Sequence record: DRR723986_11044
Direction: 5' to 3' (one strand)
Length of the DNA: 63,094 nt
Shown here: positions 29,345-36,779 of the stretch, one piece after another
Position numbering within the stretch: the first letter of the stretch is position 1
How the letters are laid out: each line of letters begins with the position of its first letter
The notes under the pieces: generated by a model
Told to the model about the DNA's origin: nothing
The model's input: only the letters and a program-made list of their open reading frames with translations
Databases searched by the model: none
Translations under genes and position numbers: made by a program

Positions 29345-32300
29345 TTAGAAATCCAGTTGAACTCCCACTGCGATACTTTTTCTAGGCTTGAAAGTTCCAA
29401 AATCAGGATCCCAGTCTGTATCCGTGGCTTTCCAGATAATGCCTAGATTATTGGCATATAAATAGAATTCAGCATTGTTGAAAATCCCTGCTCGCTTGGA
29501 TGTGGTAGAAATTTTATAACCCAGCCGGATATCCTGTAAGCGGATATGATCCCCTTTTTCTACCAAGACCGAACTGCTTCTGTAAAACTGATCCCGAAAT
29601 GCATCCCTCGCCTCAGGCGTGGAAGGCACCTGTGTAATCAATTCATCCCCTACTTCCTGCCAGCGAAGGGCATAATCAGAATGACCTCCCCGACCCTGCA
29701 AAATGGATTCATATTGCACCGAAGATCTTCGGAAGTAATACCCGAAGCGATAGGATATATTTGCCGAAAGACTAAAGCCCTGAAAGCTGAGGCTATTCCT
29801 GAATGAGCCAAAAATTGTGGGACGTGCCGGACCGTGATAAACTAGCGATTCCAATGTGGCTCCGTTGATGATCTCCCGATATTCTTCACTGGCTTCTCCA
29901 TCCAGCAAACCCACAGGATCTCCTGTTTCATGATTCAATCCCATCCATGGCAAGGAATAAACCCCAAAAAGAGGTCTTCCTTCGATTGGAAAATAGGTTC
30001 CTCCCAAGCCTGTTATACCATAGTTCAGCAGGTTGTTCACATTGATCTCATCTTCGTAGGAAGTGACTTTTTCCTTGATTCCACTAAGCAATAGCACCGA
30101 CGACCAGGTAAATTTCCCTTTCAGATTGACCGTTTCCAGTGAGAGATCAAAACCTTTGGTTTGCGTGGCAGCATTGTTCCCTGAGAATGATGTGATTCCG
30201 GTGGAAGGTGCATAAGGAATTGTGCCGATCAGTTCCAAGCCTTCCTTTTTGTAAAATTCAAAGGTGCCTTTTATCCTACCTGACCTGTTTTCCCAGTCGA
30301 GACCCAGATTCAGAATCTTGATCCGCTCCCAGCGTAGATTTTCATTTGGGGGATTTACGATGATGGAATAAGGAATCTGGGTAATAGGATTAAATGTAGT
30401 CGAACGCGCCGTGGTGAAAGCAGTCAGGCTACGGTCAACGTTTCCATTGTATCCATAGGAAGCTCGGAGCTTCATAAACGGCATCCAAGCCCAGTTATAA
30501 AACTTTTCTTCGCTCAGCGTCCATCCCAATCCGGCAGACCAGAGCGGAACAGATTTTTGATTGGCAGCGACGCCAAAAAGATTGGAAGCATCTTTTCTTG
30601 CACTCAAGGTGAGCAGGTATCGGTCTTGATACACTAGCGAAGCATTGGCAAAACCTGAATAGAATCGATCACGCAGCAAACTGATTCCTTCAGTGTTGGG
30701 AATCCGTGCCGTAGCAAAAGGATTGGTGGACAAGGGGAACAAACTCACATAATCCACCACCTGTGTGGTAGCCAATTCAGGATTATATCCGTAATATCTC
30801 CCTGAAAAGGAGTTGGACTCCAAGGCTTTGACTTCCGTTCCTGCCAGCACATTTAATTTCCATCCCTGTTCCCAATCTTTTTCATAATTGGCTTGCAGCC
30901 TACCTGAATGGGAATAAGCTCTAGAATTCGAGTAGTTATAAATGCCTCCCTTTGGTATGGCATAAGACAAGTCTCCCTCTTCGGCTACTTGGGTAAATTG
31001 ATTAATCAAATTCCGGGCATCATAGCTATTATCCTGATACTGGCGTTCTGACATGCCTGTATTCTGCCAATATTGATACAAGCCCTGAACTGATAAGCCT
31101 GGAAGCACCTCATAAGCCAATCCCAAATTTACCCGCCAATCATCCCGCAGGGAAGTAGTGTTAGATCTTCCTTTTTCCTCCAAAGGAATAAAAGACCAGT
31201 CCAATAAGCCCAAGCTTTCCATTTCCTCCTTAAACCCCTTTCTGTAGTCCCGGTTTAACGCTAAGGGATTTCCTGATTCATCTGCCAGCCTTGCATAGGG
31301 ATAGGTTCCTGCATAGCTGCTGAAGGTAATATCATCGGGAGCCATATGAGCATCCGTATCCCTGCTTTTCACCCCATAAAAAGCAGTCTGAACCTTCAGT
31401 TTATCCGAAAAGACAGAAAAATCATTTTTCAGGGAAAAGGTAATCCGATTGGAAGCATCCCCAATGATTTCTGGTCGAATGTCGTCATAACCTAAAGAAA
31501 TCCGGTAGGTATGGTAATTTCCTCCTCCCGCTATTCCAAGATTGTATTGCTGATTGAGTTGGGGCCTATAGATGTATTCATTCAGATTATTTCTCAGATC
31601 ATAACTTCGGAATGCTGCGATCCTTGCATCCGCTTCCGATGATGAGATCAATCCATCCCGTTTTGCGATTAAGGTTTCCACGACCGGACTTAATACCTCA
31701 TTTCCAAAATCAGACTCCAAGGCAGTATAAAAGCCCTGTCCGAAGAGCATTTCCTCCACATCGATGTAATCATCTACTCCTAGGTTTGGAGCAAGAAAAG
31801 GATCGGTAGGTTGAATCCAGTTGGCATTACCTGTAAAACTGACTCGGGTGGCTTGGTTGCTCTTTCCTGATTTGGTGGTAATAACGATCACCCCATTTCC
31901 TGCACGGGCACCCCAGATTGAAGCCGCAGCAGCATCCCTCAAGACGGTAATACTGGAAACGTCATTCGGGTTGATATCCTCCAGATTTCCATCATAGGGA
32001 AAATTATCTATCACAATCAAAGGCTGGGAAAACCTTCCCAAGGTACTTCTGCCTCGGATGGAAATGGGATCTCTCCCCACGTCACCGGTACGGTTCAGGA
32101 TCAGACCGGAAGTAACATCTTCCAATCGATCAATCAGGTTGGTACTTACCCTACGATCCACCAGTTCCTCATTCAAGGAAACAAAAGAACCTGAAGCCCT
32201 GCTCTTCGGAATCTCCTGATAACCAGTGGCGAGTACCTCTACGCCTCCCAACTCAAAGTCTTCTGGCGCCAAAAGGATAGTTAACTGCTCCGAAAGAGGA

Positions 32301-32560
32301 ACTTCCATTTCAATTTCCCGGACAGTATAACCCAGGTAGCTAATCCGAAGCGTATAGGTTCCTGCGTCCAACTCAAAACGGAATACACCTTCCTCATTGG
32401 TAATTTTCCCCGTTCCGCTTTCCAGAACACGCACCGAAGCTCCGATCAATGCTTCACCGGTAGTTTGATCCTGCACCCTTCCTACAACTTGCAGATTCTG
32501 GGCGCATAGATCCATAGAAGAAAAGGCCAAAACAAAAATTAGAATCAGTAGATTTTTCAT
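29345..32560 (-). CDS. susC: SusC/RagA family TonB-dependent outer-membrane transporter
   Basis: Carboxypeptidase-like N-domain; plug INPNDVSSITVLRDAAAASIWGARAGNGVIVITTK; LRWE; C-terminal F. Confidence 0.95.
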   Translation of the reverse strand: MKNLLILIFVLAFSSMDLCAQNLQVVGRVQDQTTGEALIGASVRVLESGTGKITNEEGVFRFELDAGTYTLRISYLGYTVREIEMEVPLSEQLTILLAPEDFELGGVEVLATGYQEIPKSRASGSFVSLNEELVDRRVSTNLIDRLEDVTSGLILNRTGDVGRDPISIRGRSTLGRFSQPLIVIDNFPYDGNLEDINPNDVSSITVLRDAAAASIWGARAGNGVIVITTKSGKSNQATRVSFTGNANWIQPTDPFLAPNLGVDDYIDVEEMLFGQGFYTALESDFGNEVLSPVVETLIAKRDGLISSSEADARIAAFRSYDLRNNLNEYIYRPQLNQQYNLGIAGGGNYHTYRISLGYDDIRPEIIGDASNRITFSLKNDFSVFSDKLKVQTAFYGVKSRDTDAHMAPDDITFSSYAGTYPYARLADESGNPLALNRDYRKGFKEEMESLGLLDWSFIPLEEKGRSNTTSLRDDWRVNLGLAYEVLPGLSVQGLYQYWQNTGMSERQYQDNSYDARNLINQFTQVAEEGDLSYAIPKGGIYNYSNSRAYSHSGRLQANYEKDWEQGWKLNVLAGTEVKALESNSFSGRYYGYNPELATTQVVDYVSLFPLSTNPFATARIPNTEGISLLRDRFYSGFANASLVYQDRYLLTLSARKDASNLFGVAANQKSVPLWSAGLGWTLSEEKFYNWAWMPFMKLRASYGYNGNVDRSLTAFTTARSTTFNPITQIPYSIIVNPPNENLRWERIKILNLGLDWENRSGRIKGTFEFYKKEGLELIGTIPYAPSTGITSFSGNNAATQTKGFDLSLETVNLKGKFTWSSVLLLSGIKEKVTSYEDEINVNNLLNYGITGLGGTYFPIEGRPLFGVYSLPWMGLNHETGDPVGLLDGEASEEYREIINGATLESLVYHGPARPTIFGSFRNSLSFQGFSLSANISYRFGYYFRRSSVQYESILQGRGGHSDYALRWQEVGDELITQVPSTPEARDAFRDQFYRSSSVLVEKGDHIRLQDIRLGYKISTTSKRAGIFNNAEFYLYANNLGIIWKATDTDWDPDFGTFKPRKSIAVGVQLDF

Positions 32561-33942
32561 AAAGCCAGTACTTTAGCATCCCCTATTTTTTCCAAAACCA
32601 ATACGTTGATCTCCACTTCCTTTTCCAGCAGATCCAAACCCACCTGACGTAGCGCCTGCTTCAGGCTGGAAATACTGGATAGCTGTGCTTCCAGTTCCAG
32701 ATCAATGGGATAGTCTATTCCGGTCAGGTTGAGGATAGGGAATTCTGATCGTTGATAGAAATAGAAATTAAGGTGATAGACAAAGCCCTGCAAGGGATAA
32801 TTTTGCATACTAAGCCCAAAGGCTCCGGCTTGATAGCTGCTTTCAACCTCTTGCGCTTTGGGGTAGTTAGTTCCTTCCTGCTGAACTATCGCATACACCT
32901 TCCGCTTCTCCTTTTTGACAGAGGCCTTGATATGGGGGAAGTACCTGTTTAGATCCTCGCGCATCAGCGCATAGGGATTTTGGGAAGGAGGAGCGATCAA
33001 CTCATAGCCAAAAACATGATTACCCTGTTCTTTCCAGTCCAGATAATCCATTCCTGTCTTTTTGGTAAAGAGTTCTTCGGCTTCAAATCCAATAGTCTGA
33101 ATACGGTTTCTCCCATAATAATCCACCAGATCCCTTTCCGAAAAAGCCAACTGGTAATGCCTGATCAAGGGCATATTGACGATGCGGATATGGGAAAGGT
33201 CCTCGTATTCCTGAATGATAGAACCCGATACATCGGGGATATATCCTGTCAGCGCAGACTGAAACCAGATGTTTTTAGAAGGTACCTGGGGGCTTTCAGA
33301 AATCAGTTTGTCATACCTTCCCAGTAGTATTTTACGGTCCTCTTTGTAGCGGAAAACCGAAGCATCCCCTGTGAGCATTTTTTCCAGATTGGAACTAGTC
33401 AGATCCTCCAAACCTGTAATTGCAATCACCCTCCCTTCTGGATCCACGATAACAAAATGAGGAATCGTGGAATGCGGAAACAGCTCTCGCATCTTACCTG
33501 CATGTAGCACTAGGGGTAAATCAACCCCGACAAGGGATTCGTAACCGGCAAAAACCTCGGAAACCCGCTCTTCTTCAAAGATGGTCATAGGAATAATTGC
33601 AATCTGATCCCTAAACTCCTGACTCAGATTTGCCATCCTTGGCAATGAAGCAATACTTGCTGTGCAGGTAGGCGCCCAAAACTCCAGGATGAGGTATTTG
33701 CCGCGGTAATCGTCCAATCGGAGCTTATCCGAGTCAAACTTCAAGACCTCGGAGAATTCGATGCCCTTAGGAATCTGGTCTCCTATACTCAAGGTATCGG
33801 AGCGGGTCTCCCCGCCCCGATGGACTCCGGCATAATAAACCAAATCCTGCCCTGGAGTAGGTGAATCAGCAACCTGTGCTGTGGTGGTGCTTATGGGTAG
33901 ACATAGCAGTCCCATTAAGCATATGAGTATGTGTTTTTTCAT
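32557..33942 (-). CDS. TlpA/redoxin-family exported protein with CxxS site and uncharacterised C-terminal domain
   Basis: Signal peptide; LDDYRGKYLILEFWAPTCTAS and IPHFVIVDPEGRV thioredoxin-fold motifs; overlaps susC start by 4 nt. Confidence 0.82.
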   Translation of the reverse strand: MKKHILICLMGLLCLPISTTTAQVADSPTPGQDLVYYAGVHRGGETRSDTLSIGDQIPKGIEFSEVLKFDSDKLRLDDYRGKYLILEFWAPTCTASIASLPRMANLSQEFRDQIAIIPMTIFEEERVSEVFAGYESLVGVDLPLVLHAGKMRELFPHSTIPHFVIVDPEGRVIAITGLEDLTSSNLEKMLTGDASVFRYKEDRKILLGRYDKLISESPQVPSKNIWFQSALTGYIPDVSGSIIQEYEDLSHIRIVNMPLIRHYQLAFSERDLVDYYGRNRIQTIGFEAEELFTKKTGMDYLDWKEQGNHVFGYELIAPPSQNPYALMREDLNRYFPHIKASVKKEKRKVYAIVQQEGTNYPKAQEVESSYQAGAFGLSMQNYPLQGFVYHLNFYFYQRSEFPILNLTGIDYPIDLELEAQLSSISSLKQALRQVGLDLLEKEVEINVLVLEKIGDAKVLAL

Positions 33943-33985
33943 GCTTTTACGATTTTAAGCTGGAAGACGGAAGACTGAAGTGGGT

Positions 33986-34041
33986 CTCGCCATTGAGAGG
34001 TGGTAGAGGCTGTCCCGATTCATCAGGAACGAAGCAACCTC
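33986..34041. repeat. Degenerate REP-like palindromic element
   Basis: GCTGTCCCGAT core matches the reverse complement of the ATCGGGACAGGC element near 43100; intergenic. Confidence 0.3.
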
Positions 34042-34404
34042 AGTCGCAGTGAGCAGAAGTCAGAAAGCTAAAAGCTTAAGTAAGAAATCTAAAATCCTTA
34101 CAACAGACCTTCAGGTCATTTCGAAGGAGTTCCAAATGAGAAATCTCTCAACTCTAACTTATTGATTCTTGGCTCTTTGTACTTGGCACTCGGTACATTT
34201 TTCAAGACATACCTCTTCCATCCTGCCTTTCTCAGGCAACCAGCAATAATGAATAAGAAATAAACAGAAGTAATGGAGCTATTGACCTGCTGCAGCAGAT
34301 GATCTCCATCATCATGTAATGTCACTCCCTGATGTTTATGGATAGTCCTACCAAACCTACAAAGCCCAATCGGAAGCAATCAGAGAGAAAAAGTGCCCTG
34401 ATCC

Positions 34405-34593
34405 TTAAATCGGATTCTTGGGCTTCAGAGCATACAGGCGATCTACCGCGGCGATGCCGTGTTCCTTTGGTAATAATCTACAATCAATAGGTAGTGAGCA
34501 ATGTGTCCCAAGGTAAAATGCAGTCCTTTCATTAATCCAGAAATTCCTTCCTGGGAAGCTTTGTAATCCAGAAAAAATCAAGATCTGTTCCAT
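34405..34593 (-). CDS. Small hypothetical protein (62 aa) directly after the structured leader
   Basis: ATG at 34593 within the tracked 90-aa ORF; first ORF downstream of the hairpin/U-tract; no family recognised. Confidence 0.4.
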   Translation of the reverse strand: MEQILIFSGLQSFPGRNFWINERTAFYLGTHCSLPIDCRLLPKEHGIAAVDRLYALKPKNPI

Positions 34594-34623
34594 GATACTT
34601 GGGTTATTACTATAGTCCCCAAG

Positions 34624-34776
34624 AAAAAAAGCCAATGGAGTGGACTCTCCTTCTTGCAGAAACTGAGGTACGGCCAAGCACCCTAGAAATGAGCAAGCGA
34701 GTAGCCCACGCCAATGGCGTGAGCATTCTCACCTTTGTCTCATTTCTATTATTGAAAATTGGCCGTTTTCAGTTTC
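34624..34776 (-). promoter_or_regulatory. Long imperfect hairpin with alternative terminator (attenuator-like 5' leader)
   Basis: Nested inverted repeats 34659-66/34769-76, 34670-77/34759-66, 34684-93/34739-48 and 34704-13/34715-24; a near-copy of the apical sequence at 34631-46 is followed by U7 on the minus strand. Confidence 0.6.
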
Positions 34777-34940
34777 GAGACTCAAGTGCGAATACTATGG
34801 AATCAGATGTTCCACAAATATTAGGTTTCAACTTTTGAAATCCTAGGCTAAATATAAGAATTAAATCAATTAGTTGGCTTAAACACCAACATTATTTACA
34901 CTCTTTTTAAAGATTTTGAGATTTGTTAGCAGAACACGCA

Positions 34941-35216
34941 ATGGATTCAGAGGAAAAAAGAAGAATTCTCAAAAAACTTGGGGAAAAAATATCACAATTA
35001 AAAAAAGCTCAGAAACTGAGTTACAGGCAACTAGCGGCTAACTGCGACATTGATCATGCTGATTTAAAAAAGTACGAAAAAGGAGTAGACATTCAATTTA
35101 GCACTCTTATTGAACTTGGGAAGCTTTATAAAATCCATCCAAAAGATCTTGTTGACCTAGATTATAATATTGATTTTACCGAATCCTCAGAAAAAGGGGG
35201 AAATTCTAACAATTAG
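34941..35216 (+). CDS. XRE-family helix-turn-helix regulator
   Basis: LGEKISQLKK.QKLSYRQLA..CDID...L.KYEKG....FSTL; ATG 34941 preferred over TTG 34923. Confidence 0.88.
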   Translation: MDSEEKRRILKKLGEKISQLKKAQKLSYRQLAANCDIDHADLKKYEKGVDIQFSTLIELGKLYKIHPKDLVDLDYNIDFTESSEKGGNSNN

Positions 35217-35307
35217 GCCTATAGGTTGTTATCTTAACAATATAGAAGCGATTGGTGATTCCTGAGGAGGGGGTGGTTTGAAAAACCCATATCTAGCCAA
35301 AGAGCTT

Positions 35308-36099
35308 TTACACACGTGGCTTCAAAGAATTCAAAAAAAGATCTGCTTTATCAAATGGAAATAGTTTAATCGAAAGCTCCCCAGATAGGTTCTTAGGATA
35401 ACCCAAAGGCATGTTCAATAAAGCTAAATCACAATCATCAACATAATATTCTTTATACCTCCTAACAATTCCAGCTGAACGTATAAGATTTTCCAAATCA
35501 TAAAAATTTATTGCTAAATTATTAATTCTATTGATAGAATCCTCTGTTTCAATAAATGACTCAACCATATTTATCTTCTCTATTAAATGGAGATCATTTC
35601 TTACTTTTTTCTTCCAGTTAAATCCATCGATTATATCCTTAGTAAAAAGATCTATTCTATTTTCAATCTTATTTTGGGCACTCATTACTGAGTTAAAAAT
35701 AATATTTGGGAATCCACAATGTTGAATATAATTTCTCATCTCATAGCTGAATCTATATACGAATGAGTTGTCATATTCTAAATTAGTTGCGCTTTTAAAA
35801 GCTATTAATTCATCAGACTCCTTGCCGAAATCCCTATTCACAGTAGTTTCCCAATAGTCAAGGAAAGATCGAAAGTTGTTATAATACTCACTAACCAATC
35901 TTTCAATTTTTGTTGTTTTCTTAATACTCAAATAATGATCAATTTCGGAAATAATCTCTGTAAGTTTTATCTTTTGAGATATCTTCCTATCAAAAAAGGA
36001 GACACAAGCTATAGATCTGGCGACCAATGAGTATTCCTCCTCCCCAATCTCTTTTAACATTTCAATTTTGCCTTTTGAGACGTAAGCCAACTTCTTCAT
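35308..36099 (-). CDS. Hypothetical protein with HEPN-like RxxxxH motif
   Basis: Helical, AT-rich; SFLDY...YEMRNYIQH. Confidence 0.6.
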   Translation of the reverse strand: MKKLAYVSKGKIEMLKEIGEEEYSLVARSIACVSFFDRKISQKIKLTEIISEIDHYLSIKKTTKIERLVSEYYNNFRSFLDYWETTVNRDFGKESDELIAFKSATNLEYDNSFVYRFSYEMRNYIQHCGFPNIIFNSVMSAQNKIENRIDLFTKDIIDGFNWKKKVRNDLHLIEKINMVESFIETEDSINRINNLAINFYDLENLIRSAGIVRRYKEYYVDDCDLALLNMPLGYPKNLSGELSIKLFPFDKADLFLNSLKPRV

Positions 36100-36164
36100 A
36101 TCTGGATCAGATTCAACATAAAATCAAAACTGCAAAAATTGTTACAATAATAACTATTCGATTC

Positions 36165-36779
36165 CTAAACCATTTTAAAATCAAAAAACATATGATACAG
36201 CCCTATACTCGAAGTATCAGACCTTTGATGGGAAGAGTTGAAAAATGAGGTTGAAAATGACGATGAAGGACTAATCGCAAGCGTATGTGCTAAAGAATGA
36301 ATTTTACTTTGTAAGGTAGAGCTTATTGTGACTTGATCTCCTGAAATTACAAATCCGATCATTCCGGCTAATTCATCCCCTTCAGCATATTGTAAATTAA
36401 TGAAGCGATCCAGCCCATTAGTAATATAAGCACTGTCCGCATTTTTCAATCTTTTGCATTCAATGATAAATTCCATTCCTGAAAATTTAAACGAGAAGTC
36501 CGAACGTACTTTAGTTCCATCGCCAGCAAAGCTCCAATTTTCCCAATTGAGGTAAATAACTTTAATTTGAAGCCATTTTCTTAAAGGGGATTTTTCATTA
36601 TTATAAAGGTCATCGCAAAACCTATCCCTAATATCATTCTCTGTACTAATCTTCTTATCGATTCGATCATACGCTCCAATGAGAGAAAATAAATATAGTT
36701 TTTCAATTATATCCTGTTTAGAAGTATATCCTAGATTGGAAAGATTAGTGGCGATAAACTCAGCTTGGGTAGAACTCAT
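36165..36779 (-). CDS. Putative PD-(D/E)xK nuclease-fold protein coupled to the methyltransferase
   Basis: RSDF...IIECKRL motif; start overlaps the MTase stop. Confidence 0.65.
   Translation of the reverse strand: MSSTQAEFIATNLSNLGYTSKQDIIEKLYLFSLIGAYDRIDKKISTENDIRDRFCDDLYNNEKSPLRKWLQIKVIYLNWENWSFAGDGTKVRSDFSFKFSGMEFIIECKRLKNADSAYITNGLDRFINLQYAEGDELAGMIGFVISGDQVTISSTLQSKIHSLAHTLAISPSSSFSTSFFNSSHQRSDTSSIGLYHMFFDFKMV

Noticed and set aside
27831-32560. Polysaccharide utilisation locus
   Set aside because: No CAZyme, sugar transporter or HTCS/ECF sensor adjoins the susC/susD pair.
34116-34379. 87-aa minus-strand ORF upstream of the redoxin gene
   Set aside because: TTG start and no recognisable features; cannot be supported, though not excluded.
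34599-34838. 79-aa + strand ORF (and the 5' extension of 34405-34677) over the long hairpin
   Set aside because: Non-ATG starts; the sequence is dominated by inverted repeats, which suggests RNA structure rather than coding.
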